A stretch of DNA of 64,000 bases, from positions 434,001 to 498,000 of the forward strand of contig JAWMAR010000465.1 of the NCBI GenBank assembly GCA_036785375.1, in the 5' to 3' direction. Both the position numbers and the translations under genes were made by a program. Source of the stretch: Leucoraja ocellata. Taxonomy: Eukaryota. This document shows positions 1 through 12,443 of the stretch, in pieces. The notes under the pieces were generated by a model that was not told the DNA's origin, searched no databases, and saw only the letters and a program-made list of their open reading frames with translations. Within the stretch, counting starts at the first letter, position 1, and every line of letters begins with the position of its first letter.

Positions 1-142
1 TCCATATCCATGCAGTAATATCCATGCACAAACCTTAAGTATTGTTCTTATGTTGTATGTGCCACAATAGATTATTTGTCGTGTTGGTCATGATTAGCCA
101 AATGATCCACAGTTGAAAGCAGATGATACAAAGCTGTAGCAA

Positions 143-325
143 GATGTTTAAGAAGGAACTGCAGATGCTGGAAAAATCAAAGGTAGACAAAAATGCTTGA
201 GAAACTCAGCGGGTGAGGCAGCATCTATGGAGCAAAGGTCTGAAGAAGGGTCTCGACCCGAAACGTCACCTATTCCTTTGCTCCATATGTTGCCTCACCC
301 GCTGAGTTTCTCCAGCATTTTTGTC
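143..325. mobile_element. Short Penelope-terminal element (inverted halves) with hammerhead core at 240-267
   Basis: ctgaaga-a-gggtctcgaccc-gaaa-cgtc; flanking duplication tacaaagctgt(a/g)gcaa at 127-142 and 326-341. Confidence 0.8.
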
Positions 326-569
326 TACAAAGCTGTGGCAACGTGATTTTCCAAGAGGTTTTTTAGAGATTGTGAATTTAACAGTTCAATGATAATTTTT
401 TGTCACATGCACCTAGGTAGAGTGAAACGTTTTTGCAGTTTAGTGACATGGTGGGCCGAAGGGCACGTTCCCATGCTGTAGAACTCTGTTTCTAAATATA
501 ATTATATTATTGACCACCATAGGTTAATCCTGTACTGAAAATCTTAATTATTCATCACCAGCTCCAAAT

Positions 570-800
570 GACAATAGACAATAGGTGCAGGAGTAGGCTA
601 TTTGGCCCTTCGAGCTAGCACCGCCATTCAATATGATCATGGCTGATCATCCCCAATCAGTAGCACATCCAAACCCTTAATAATCTTATATGTTTCAATA
701 GGATCCCCTCTCATCCTTCTAAATTCCAGAGTGTACAAGCCCAGCCGCTCCATTCTATCAACATATGACAGTCCCGCCATCCCGGGAATTAACATTGTGA
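570..800 (-). mobile_element. CR1 LINE 3' fragment
   Basis: LIPGMAGLSY..RMERLGLYTLEFRRMRGD; ctattgt tail as in the CR1 at 17460-17485. Confidence 0.85.
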
Positions 801-828
801 TGGTTGTGAAAATGTTAAGTTCCAATTA

Positions 829-2016
829 TCAATATTACTAAAAGTCTGATCTGACCACTTCCTGTTGTTCTATATATTGATTTTAGAAAAAATGCTGCCA
901 CTTACGACTGTGCTTTTTGGCCATCTTACTCAGAGTCCCCCTCCGCTGCGCAGGACAAGCGGATTTTTCCCATCGATGAAAAATAAAGGAATTATTAGTG
1001 TTTAAAAAATGTTGAGATTCTCTCTCTTGAAGGCCACACCACCTCCGGAGGGACTATAAAACCCAGAAGTGTTGAGTGCCTCAGTCAGTATCTGCAAGAT
1101 GGGGGAGCGAGAGGGTCACGTCTTTCATTCTGAGCTGTGAATAACTCTGAACACATGTCTCCTAAACTGTGAGTGGTTTTACTGACCTGTCAGTGCCCTT
1201 AATGTGGTTTGAAAATATAGTTTGGAAATACTAAAGCTGCGTTGCCTTTGGTTTGGAAATGCTAAAGTTGCCTTGCCTAATTAAAGTTGCCTTGCCTAAT
1301 TAAAGTTGCCGTGCCTAATTAAAGTTGCCTTGCCTTCTATATAATTAAGAGTCTAATCTTGACCACTTCCTGTTTGCTCTATTTTGATTTTAGAAAAAAC
1401 GCTACAACGTATGGCTGTGATTTTTGGCCATCTTACTCAGATTCCCCTTCCGCTCATCAGGTGCCGAGGACTTTTCCCATAGATGAAAAATAAGAGTTAT
1501 TGGTGTTTAAAAATGTTTATATTCTCTCTCTCCTGTCAATCACGCCATAAAGGCCACGCCCCTTCTGGTGGGATGGGGGAGGGACTATAAAACCCAGAAG
1601 TGTGGGCGTGGCTCAGTCTCTGCAAGTTGGAGGAGGGAGAGGTCATGACCCACTGTCTTTAATGGCCTTGCACCCTGCTTGAAATGGTATGAAACTGCAC
1701 TTGAATTTGGTCGCCTTGCACCCTGCTTGAAATGGAATTTCAAGGAAGAGCCGTGAGTCAACTGCCAGCCCACCAGCCGTGAGTGAGCTGCCAGCACAAC
1801 AGGCTTGAGTGACTGAGCTGCCAGCCCAAGTATCCATTCGGCCCACAATGTCCATACTAGCCTTCTGGAAACCAGTCCCTTCAGCCTACAACACCTATAC
1901 TACTGCTCCAGAAAGCCCCCCCACCAATATTGGAATTGGTGGAGAGGTGGAATATTGCGTTGGGGGACCTGCCCACAAGTTTGATGCTGGGACCCAACGG
2001 GTCCCAATTAGTCTAG
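829..2016 (+). mobile_element. Non-autonomous Helitron (composite)
   Basis: A|TC 5' end; 3' hairpin gggaccc-aac-gggtccc followed by CTAG; second 5'-like end near 1337; 20-bp tandem gcctaattaaagttgccttg; homologous copy at 58663. Confidence 0.75.
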
Positions 2017-2333
2017 AGTCTTACAAAATTTTGTTCTGTTGACATCAAATTGAAGGATGATAACCATCACACCCGTTTATAAGATATTTTGTGGTGTTGG
2101 ATTATCAAAGCGTTAAGTAATTCTTTAAAAATCTTTTTGTGCTCAAAAGTCAGAACTGAGCTAATTTGCCTCTTGCTTCCAATCATTTACTGATAATTGA
2201 CCTACAAATGCTTTCAGGGACAGTTTATGCAATCACTTGTTGTAGACATCCAATGTTAAAGGCAAGTTTACTTCACCTAATCTAAATGAACTGTAAACAA
2301 AAGGACAGCAGACATTAAAAATAAGAATGATAG

Positions 2334-2339
2334 TTTATT
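2334..2339 (-). terminator. Candidate TMC7 polyadenylation signal
   Basis: AATAAA on the minus strand followed by a U/GU-rich tract, at the end of non-repetitive AT-rich 3' sequence. Confidence 0.45.
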
Positions 2340-4625
2340 AAAGAAAACATAAATTCAGTTTTCTGGAGTAAATCTAATATTGTAAGTAAATAATATTCAA
2401 TACATAATCAAGTTTTCATTTTTAAAAAACCCACAAGAAAACATGTACGAAATACTTTCATCTTTAAAGAAATATATCATATTAATTAAAATGTTTACTC
2501 TAGATTTAGTATAAAAATGTAGTGATCACAACACTAACTTGTGAGCCAAGTTATCCATTCTATTGCAATATGTTCTCACACAACACACCTAATCTAGCCC
2601 ATGCAGCAGCTGGATACTGTTGGGGAATTCCTGCAGAAAAGCCTCTATTATGGGCAGTCACCCCTCTGGGGATGGCAGAATCACAACACATTCAATGCAG
2701 ATTTACAGCACAGCCTCAGTTTATGATAGTATTCCTTGGGCCACATCAGATATTGACCATGTTAGTACTGTGTTCTTTTACAGCAATGAAGTACAATTGT
2801 TTTGTGAATGTCGACTTGTATCACTTCCAGTTTTACTCATTGCAGTGGATAGGAATTCTGCTGATTGGACAGCGGTGGTCACGATCTGCTCAACAATATC
2901 ACAATAACAAGTCTTTTCCTTTCTCTTGATTTTTCTTTCAATTTGTCGAAGTCTGAAGGAAGTGTGTTTTTGAAATGAGGTTGATTATTATCAGGAGGAT
3001 TCTTACAGCTTATGTCAATGGGTAGGACCTTGCATCCTTTGTCTCATTGCATTTCTGCCCCATAACACGATTGGTACAGCTTACACCAGCATGGTGATTA
3101 CATTAGTACAGCTGGGACTTGGAATAGTGAGACCAACATCCCAACTATGGAATAGAAATAGCAAACATTGCGCAACTCACAGGCTCCCCAGTTTTCAACT
3201 ACTCATTTTCATGACAGTACAGAAAATCTCTCTGTAGAAATTGGGTTAAGTATTTTAACATGTAATGACATATCAGAATAACATGAAGCCTTTAATCTGA
3301 TGGTATATGAATTAGAGAGGATTATTGGCACGGTTTAAACAAGCTCTATCAGATCTGTGGCAGGTTTAACACATAATGCGAAAAGCGAGAATGAGCTGTC
3401 AATTGTCCAAAGTTTATGACGGAGAGGTGCAAATTCACCCTGGATGTCTCCCTGGATTTGCCGAACTGTACTGTAGTGTACAGTATAATACTGATGTAAT
3501 ATACTGTAGTGTACAGTACACTAATACTGGTGGGTGGTGTTTATTACCAATCTTACTAGCAAGATCCATCCCAATGTTTCACCATCAAATCTCCCATGGT
3601 AATGATTTCTGAGCGATAAAGAAAAAATAATTTAATAATAGACATTATTAACCAGCAAGTGAGGGCATGTGCTAAAAGTTTAACCCTTTGCAGGAACTGC
3701 AGGACACAACAATACACAAGCATATGACTGTATATTTTGTAATTACATTGATATTCTACATTTTATAGCCATGGAACAACAACAAAGGTAACCTCAACCA
3801 AACATCTCATTTGCAAAACAGGCTTTATGTGTTAAGTTCCAGCAGATAATTGGGTAAACCACCATAGAAATTAAAACCATGAAGTGGAATTTTAGAAATC
3901 TAAGGCTGTTTGAGTGAAGCGTTCCAGTCACAACTGTTGACCAAATCATATCAGCTCCGCTCACTAAACAGCAGCTTTAGATGGTGATTATATAAAGGAA
4001 TGGAGACACAAATCAGTACGATAGAAGCTACCGACAATCAGAGCAGGTGACTGTAGTCCACATTTGTTTCTGAGGAAACTAGATTTTCCTTGTGGAGCAG
4101 TCTCAAGCCATATTTCAGAAATTGTAAAATCCTCAACACAAAAATTATCTCCTTTATCAATTGATCTATCAGAAATGTTTTTGAAACAAGGTAATGAAGT
4201 GTATGGGTGGTGTTTGTAGTGTATGTAATATTTGAACAGTACTGATTGCTTCAGTGTTAAATTGTTAAAGAAAAAGCACATAAATAAATAACACTATTTT
4301 CTAGTAGTCTATGCAACCCTCTATAGGAAGTACAGAGGGAAATAAATGATAAACAAATGCTATGTTTTACAAATGAGTACACAATAAATCAATACATACA
4401 GTTACCCAGAGATTTTCAGCAAACATGGATTTTAATATGGCAAAGGTACAATTTTAAGTATTAGGAAGAAAAATGCCCCAAGAACATTTTTGAAAAACTG
4501 ATAACTTTATCAGCAACAAAATTGTCAAGAAAGGGTTTCAGAAAAATCATCCATTACAGAACAATCTCCAAATGTTAGTTATGTCTCACAGCAGCACCTG
4601 TGTGCACTTGAAATGTGATTAAAAC

Positions 4626-4724
4626 CTATTTCAGTTTCTCAGCATTAGACATGGCAAGTCTCTTCTTTGCAATGAATGATTCCCTTGTCAGTTTTCTGAT
4701 CAGATATTGCTTGTCACGACCTTG
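4626..4724 (-). CDS. TMC7: TMC7 exon 16 with stop codon
   Basis: cag|QGRDKQYLIRKLT...EKLK*; TAG at 4628-4626. Confidence 0.9.
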   Translation of the reverse strand, partial: QGRDKQYLIRKLTRESFIAKKRLAMSNAEKLK

Positions 4725-5194
4725 CTGCAGAAATAAATCAATGGTATATTGATGTTTTGCCATTGCTCATAAAATTACACCATCAAATAATTTATATATA
4801 CCGAATAAGCAATATATTGTACCTCCAATAAATCTAAAACAAATACATCTTGGCTTCTTTCTAGAAATTTGTTCGGATTCAATAAAGTTAAGTATTATTA
4901 GGTCAACTAGATATCTGTTAAACGATTAAACCTATCACAAGTCTCTGAATGAAATGGTAGAACAATTTGGTCATAGTTTGCAGGGTGATCTCACATACAC
5001 AAAGGGTTGAATGAGCCTGCCCCACCATTCACTTGGACCACGACAGATCTATTATTTTACAGCACCAGCAGAAAGTCTCCAATGAACACGACAACTGGTC
5101 AGAAGAAGGCTGAGGTTGGATGAACACACTAATGGTCGGCGATTTGTGTTGATCCTTTGGCAGGCTGGAAAACCAGCTTCAGGACGTTAGACTG

Positions 5195-5790
5195 AAGTTA
5201 GCATAGGTTTGTGAAGGGGAGGTCTTACTTGACAAATATGCTGGAATTCTTTGAAAAAGTAAATAGCAGGACAGACAAAGGAGAGTCAGTAGATGTTATT
5301 TAGATTTTCAGAAAGCCTTTGATAAGGTGCCACATGTGAGGCTGCTAAGGAAGATGAGAGCCTATGGTATCAAAGTGCAGATACAAGCATGGATATCAGG
5401 TTGGCTGGATGGCAGAACACAAGGAGTGGCAATAAAGGGGGCTATTTCTGGTTGGCTGCCAGTGATTAGTGGAGTTCCACAAGGGTCGGTGCTGGGCCGC
5501 TATTCTTCAAGTTGTATATTAAAATTAAAGGAAGTAGATGAGGAGAAACGTCTTTAGTTAGAGGATGGTGAATCTGTGGAATTCTTTGCCACAGACGGCT
5601 GTGGACGCCAAGTCAGTGGATATTTTTAAGGCAATGATAAATAGATTCTTGATTAGTACGGGTGTCAGTGGTTATGGGGAGAAGGCAAGAGAATTGGGTT
5701 AGGAGGGAGATAAATCAGCCATGATTTAATGGCAGAGTAGACATGATGGGCCGAATGGCCTTATTCTACTCCTATTCCTTATGACATTAA
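5195..5790 (+). mobile_element. CR1 LINE RT and 3' fragments
   Basis: DFQKAFDKVPH..LL.K..AYGI...SGVPQGSVLG, then CR1 3' UTR. Confidence 0.85.
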
Positions 5791-6523
5791 TCCTATTGAT
5801 AACGGTTCTATTGTAAACAAACGATCTTCTAAAGCAATGTGGATAAGTTTAGCAGCATCAAAATGTGCAGATTCTCCCAACATCAACTTAACATAGTATT
5901 GTTAAGCTGATGACAGTACTGGGTCATCATTTGTAATATTCAAATCAGTTCTTCCCATCTGTACCAGGAACCACAACAATGCCAAGAAAAAAACTTGCAT
6001 AAATGATAGAGGATAAATGATAGACAATTTGCAGTCCTTGGGTACGCAAGGAAAGAATTTCACTGAGACTTGTCACATGTGACAAAGTATTCAATTCAAT
6101 AGGTGAATAAATTAAATGCCAAAACACAGAGGAAACAGTAAAAATAACAATCTCACTGACAATTGGGATTAGAAGTTATATTTTTCAGAGTTGATTGACA
6201 ATAATTGTGGTCAGAACATTGAAAAGGACCCATCACAGAAACTTGCAAACTCCATATTTCAGTCTGAGTTTAGTTAGTACCCATGGAACCAATACACCTC
6301 TGCATTTGCTTCCCGCCTGTTGTTGCCATTTTATAATTATTTTCTTATTTTTTATTATATGTTACTTTCCCCTCACATAATGATGGGCCCATTATATTCA
6401 CCTGTATGTTGACAGGGCAAATATATCAGACTGAGTTATATGACAATGTTTGAACTTGCATCATGGCAGATGAATGTTGCTGATACTCTACACCTAATGA
6501 AGAAGCCGATGGGGATCACTCAC

Positions 6524-6602
6524 CATAGCCAGTTGGTCCCGCAGTTGCATGACCACGCGTTTGTGTGCTGCAGCCAAAGCCACGAGATAAAACAGGATGA
6601 GG
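6524..6602 (-). CDS. TMC7: TMC7 exon 15
   Basis: LILFYLVALAAAHKRVVMQLRDQLAM. Confidence 0.96.
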
Positions 6603-6974
6603 CTGGAGAGAAGAGGAACAAAGTGGGAATGATGCCCATCTTTATGTTGGGACAAATTCTTGTTATCATCTTCTGCACCCAAACAGGCATCAACATTAGA
6701 ATAAAAATGGAGTTTCACTGGAGGTTTGTATTAATTAAAGCGTATTTGAAGGTGTGCAATGTGATCAAATATTTAAGATTCATTTGATAGTAAACAAACA
6801 AGACAACTAAACCATGCTGACATCTAAACATCCAACAATCTTTCATTAACGGGCTATCGGTAGAATTAACACCCAAAAGCCCCAAATGTACATCATTATT
6901 GGAGTTTACCATCCTTTGTGTAACATGCAAATTTGTACTTTTATGACCCATATTTAATCAGTAATATAATGTTC

Positions 6975-7205
6975 ACAAGTTGTCGGAGTAGAACTAGACC
7001 ATTCGGCCCATCAAGCCCATTCCACAGGTCGGCCAATTCAATCATGGCCAATCTCTGCCTCCTAATCCCATTTTCCTGCCTTCTCCCCATAACCCTTGAC
7101 ACAAGTTCTAATCAAGAATTTGTCTCTCTCTGCCTTAACATTTTCCACTGACGGCCTCCACAGCCCTCTGTGGCGATGAGTTCCACAGATTAACTACCAT
7201 CTGAC
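6975..7205 (-). mobile_element. CR1 3' fragment
   Basis: VVNLWNS.PQRAVEA and CR1 3' UTR. Confidence 0.75.
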
Positions 7206-7620
7206 AATCCTCTGTGAGGAAAGAAGTTAATCTGCTAGTTTCAGGCAGTGATCTGTGGACTGCTGAGTATTTCAAAGATGCGGCCCACCTGAGCTGCCAT
7301 GTCCAAGCACCAACGAGAGAACCAGTCAGCATTCTCTCCTTGGCCTACAGCCCTGCACTGAGATGTTAAATACACCAAGTCATGATGCATCTGGTACATT
7401 GCTCACATGCCCATCAACAGATTCCTGAAACAGATACCCCACTCCCTCCCTGTCTGCCAGTGGAGGGGTCTCACACTGAAGACCTATAGAACCCAACCAC
7501 AGAATGAGAACAGAAGCAAGTCACCACTGACCCTGAGGGACAGCCCGAAAAGATGGACATTTATTAAACAGAAGAATATTTTGTGGCCCAACAGGAAAAG
7601 GAAACAAATGAAATACTTAC

Positions 7621-7776
7621 CACACAAAGATGAAGAATGGCACAGCAAAGATTTCAGATGCCAATCCATACAGAAGCCGCCGGAGACTGTCTGGAAAGGA
7701 GTTGATAGTGTGCGGTATAATTTCCCAAGTGGTATTGAAATGAATAAATGGCCCACAAGATTTTGATGAATTAATT
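7621..7776 (-). CDS. TMC7: TMC7 exon 14
   Basis: SSKSCGPFIHFNTTWEIIP...SEIFAVPFFIFVC. Confidence 0.96.
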
Positions 7777-8399
7777 CTGTTTGACAGAGGAAAGAATAAT
7801 CGCTATTAATTTTGCCACATAAAAATGACCAATCTTAAAATATGTCTTTCCATAAAACTAAATTTAAATACTGAACATTATACCCCTTGTGAAAACATTC
7901 CCATTTTCCCTATAAACATGTCCACTCTGGACAAATATGTTCTCTTGTTTGAGAGAGAATTCAGCTGCTCTGTTTTCCCAAGTGTTTGGTTTTGAAATAA
8001 TTAGTTCAAAGTTCCAATCGCAACATAAATGCATTTAATTTGGATGTTATATTATTTTCACTCTACCTTGGTACATATGACACTAAACTAAACTCAGAAC
8101 TCAGATCACTTCCATTTACATTGGCCAATAACTGAGTTCTATGAACAAGCTCAGAGAACTGCAACGCGTGCCTCATTGAAACCTGAAGCTTCCTTACAGG
8201 AGATATCTTGTAGACATTATTGAGAATATATCAAGCTATGCAGTCCAAGCTGCATCATTATGCCAAGTTCTCAAAAAAAATGTAAGCAAGATTGATTTCA
8301 CAATTACCACTAAATTGAGTTCATGCCAATTCTAATCCCTGTATTAAACAATCAACATAAATATACCAGCATTTTTCTTTATTTAATATGCATTGCTTT

Positions 8400-8555
8400 C
8401 ATAGAACATAGGTGCAGGAGTAGGCCATTCGGCCCTTTGAGCCTGTACCGCCATTCAATATGATCATGGCTGATCATCCAACTCGGTATCCCGTACCTGC
8501 CTTCTCTCCATACCCCCTGATCCCTTTAGCCACAAGGGCCACATCTAACATCTAA
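8400..8555 (-). mobile_element. CR1 3' UTR fragment
   Basis: Near-identical to 40620-40770. Confidence 0.8.
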
Positions 8556-9020
8556 CTAAATATAATTTAAAATGATCCACTGTGCTCCAATCCCACTGTG
8601 GGCTGGACCTGTTATCCAGGTCTATTATCCTCTCAAGTTCCCTGACTTTGCCCCATTGCTGACAAATAAGGGACTGACTAATAATCACGTGGCTTGGTTG
8701 TGCTTGTTGTGAAAAGTATATTTTGCATTGGATATTGGAAAAGGAATAGAAATGTTAATACTTTATCAAAGCAGAAGTGTTTTTGAAGGAAGTTTCTGAA
8801 TTTTAAAACAAACATACAAATGTTATACAGATTTTCTTGATGAATTTCTAGACCAAATTTACCACTATAGATTTATTTTGGATTTAATACTTAGTCAAAA
8901 TAACAAAGAGAATGTAACTAGTGATGCAGGTACATATGAAACCATGATTTAGACCAAAGTTGTTGCACAAGATGCTGGGAAATGTGCTACAGTAATGTTG
9001 AAGTGCCATGGGAAACTTAC

Positions 9021-9151
9021 AATGCAATACTGAAGATTATCGGAACGCAGGCCAATGGAAGTCCAATTAACAGAACTGCTAGGAAGAAAAAGTTAGAACT
9101 CGATGCTCGAAAAGGTCTGGTGGATGGCTGGCAGTTGGTCATCAAAGAAAT
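9021..9151 (-). CDS. TMC7: TMC7 exon 13
   Basis: [26 protein letters not shown]. Confidence 0.96.
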
Positions 9152-9409
9152 CTGAAATATTCACAACAGTTTATTCCTTTCATGGTAATATTTATTTATA
9201 GGTTTTCATGTAATTTGACCCATGCCACCGCCTAGCTCAGGACCAGTCACACAGCATAGACCTTGGGCTTACCATATCCATGCTATCCATCCTATACCCA
9301 CATATATAATTCCCATTTTGTCCTTAGCCCTCGACAGTCCAGCCAGTCAAGTGGTCTTTGAGTGCCAGTGAAGATTATCCACTTCACATTCAGCAGTAAC
9401 TTAAACTTA

Positions 9410-10105
9410 TGGGCTTGTCCCACTTAGGCGATTTTTCAGGGGATTGTCAAGTTGCCGGCAGTCGCCTGAAAAACGGGCAACTGAAATGACAACTGTCAGG
9501 GTGGAACACACGCACACACACCTTCCTTCACCAGCCCGTTAAGCAGGCGGGGACAGGGCAAGCGGAGGGAGTGCTGTCTGAGTGAAATTCACACGGTGCA
9601 AAGCCAAGGTGATACAGACACCACGCGATGAACAGGAAGGTTGGCGCTGTAATTTAGACGGCTAATGCACATTGTACGGTAAGTAAGAGATGGGGAGAGG
9701 GGGGAGAAAGAGAGAGAAGGAGTGGAGACAATAAAGAAGCTAGAGATACACGGCTGTGAAGCTCGGCAGACATTTAACATTACCGCTCGGTTATCCTTGG
9801 TTCTGAAAACTACTGCTTACTTTTTTTCCCCCCCAATGAGCCAATGAAATTCACCGGTCAGCACCAGCTACAACCTACGAGAACCTACGACCTCCTGGTG
9901 ACCCGTCTACGGCACAAGAATTTTTGCTACTCTCCATGGCGGCTTCATTCTGGTCGCCGCTGTTTTGTTCAACATGTTGAAAAATTTGCGGCGACCATAA
10001 TGAGGCCACGACTAGTTTCCAGAATGTGGGAACTCACGACCAACCAGCCGAGAACATGTGGCGACTGCATAGTCTCCTGCAGTCGATCTAAGTGGGACAG
10101 GCCCA
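9410..10105. mobile_element. PIF/Harbinger-type non-autonomous DNA transposon
   Basis: TIR tgggc(c/t)tgtcccacttag at both ends; TTA duplication at 9407-9409 and 10106-10108. Confidence 0.8.
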
Positions 10106-10439
10106 TTAGGATCTTACCCATCTATTCCTTCATCCATTTGTTATTTGTTTTCCTTCACAAGCTGTGAAATGCCATCAAATATTATTTATGCCACTGTTTT
10201 TGTTAAGACTGTGACAAGTGACTCATTGGGCATCAACACATGACATCAGTGTTACCCTTCACTGGAAATCCCAAAGTAAATGTCAGGAGGTCCAGCGATG
10301 GGCCTTCACTAAAGATTGTGTTTGTGATTACAAACATTATGAATATGGCAGGAATTAGTGCAAATGAAATTTCATTCTATCTACAATTGTAAACATTTAT
10401 CTGAACAGTTTCATTTGTACATTTTGTCAAATAATGTAC

Positions 10440-10623
10440 CTTTTTGATATAAAATATAGTGAAATACTTGATGGTTGCTATTCCAGGAAGCAATGGTGAA
10501 TAAAATGTTCCTATCCAGCAGATGGTCTGCCCATACACAATTGCCAGCACATTCTGTGGAACACTGAACTGTTGCTGCCCCCACCATGTGAATGGTGGAA
10601 AAGGGCAAAATGTCACCAGCAAT
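10440..10623 (-). CDS. TMC7: TMC7 exon 12
   Basis: WGQQQFSVPQNVLAIVYGQTICWIGTFYSPLLP. Confidence 0.97.
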
Positions 10624-10928
10624 CTGCACAATAAAAGATCACATTGTGTATGAAGGCACACTGTATAAAAGTTCTACATCTAATATATTAGTCACATTTA
10701 TATTCAGAACGTTGCTCTTCTATTACTTTCATCAGGTCTAGAAATCATTCCATAAATAGAAAATGCATGTTAATTAGCAGTTTTAAACAATGACATGATT
10801 TCATAATGGTTGATGATTTTTAAATAAAAATCTTACAATTACATTTGTGGAAGAAAATAAAACTAATCGACTAATTTAGTTTACTTTGAAAACTGTCAAG
10901 GGAGAAGAGAAAGAGAAATATTGCTTAC

Positions 10929-11026
10929 TTTCTGGGAAACTCCACAAACAACGTAACAGAAGCAATTATAATCAGGTCAAATATCATCAACTTGTACATC
11001 TCTTGTCCTATTCGAGTTTCCCAACA
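10929..11026 (-). CDS. TMC7: TMC7 exon 11 (start of TMC domain)
   Basis: [17 protein letters not shown], the TMC signature motif. Confidence 0.97.
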
Positions 11027-11569
11027 CTGGAATAAAGAAAGAAACAAATAACTTTGTTCATTTTGTTAACAAAGTATTTCTCCTGCTTCGCTCTGTAAAA
11101 CATGCTTTACAACCAATATAGTTTATATAGTAATACTGGAAGATTTCATGAAAGTCTGTAAAGTAATTGCCGGGTATGTAATTTAATATTCAATGATAAT
11201 AAGTCATTCATTATATGGAGTTGAATTCCTTGCCACATGACCTCATCAACAATGTAATGGTAAATAGCACATTCTACACTCCTTTTGGAAATTATAGTCG
11301 TTTTCTATGCCAGATTAATTCTTGAATAGGTTATTTCCCCTTGTTTTGCTGAGCTAAATCCTGACTTAGAGGGGTCTGTGCCAAATAAAGACAAATGGGA
11401 CTAGCCGTTGGGTTAGTTTCATGCTCTATGACTGTATGCTTGTGATGACGGCATCATTTATCCGTGCATCAGCTGCTCTTCTAATTAAACCTCTTAATAC
11501 CTCTAAAACAATATACAAATTAGTTGTTTTTCTTAAAAGGTTGTAGGAGTTACAACTTAATTTACTCAC

Positions 11570-11687
11570 TGGGTACAATTTATGGTTGTATCCACAAGTC
11601 TTGCATTCTCCATCACCGCATGTTGTAATTTGTAACCATAAGCTCACCAAGAGGACAATAATATTAGCCAATCGCACAAAGACAGAC
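11570..11687 (-). CDS. TMC7: TMC7 exon 10
   Basis: [13 protein letters not shown]...CGYNHKLYP; canonical sites. Confidence 0.96.
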
Positions 11688-12443
11688 CTGCAGAAATTTA
11701 CAATTAATAAGCTTCAGTTTGTTGTTTCTGTACAAAGAGTGTGAGGAGAAACGCAAAAAACATGGAACGAATCTCGGTTCTAAAATATCCACCACCAACT
11801 GAAGGATTTTTAATCTTTGCTGGCAGAAGATGCATGCTTGTTACTCTACTGAAATCATACTTTATACACAACAGACTTATCCTCGCAATTTATACAAGAT
11901 TCCTAACTCTTCTTTCACTTGCATATTTAAGCATCAAGATTCAGCCTTTCTAAATGTATTTAAAATATTATCTCCACAACTTTAGAAAGATATAAAAATC
12001 TAGTTCTATGTGTTTGTTTTACTGTTGCTTCATAAATGATGGTCGAATCAGGCTGGACTTTTTATGACTTATTTACTATGGAAACAACATGATATAAAAA
12101 TGTGGTTTCAAGTTAAAGCTTCCTATACAGAGGTAAATTCACAGGTATTAACTAGATGGTATATCTGAACCAGCATTGGGGAAATAATAAAAGATTACTT
12201 CAAAATAATTCCATGGATGGAAAAAACAAAAAACACTAAATCAAGTCATTCAGAATAATCAATTTATGTTTGTTTCCACTGCTCTTGTATTCTGCCTTCC
12301 TACAATTAGCATTCATAAATTATTTCTAAACGTTACCATCAACTCTGCTTCAACCAGTAAAGTGAGTATTGCATTCAACCAGCTGTTTACATTAACAGCT
12401 CAGCACTCAGTGTAGAATCAGTGTGGACTCCACACTTTATGGT

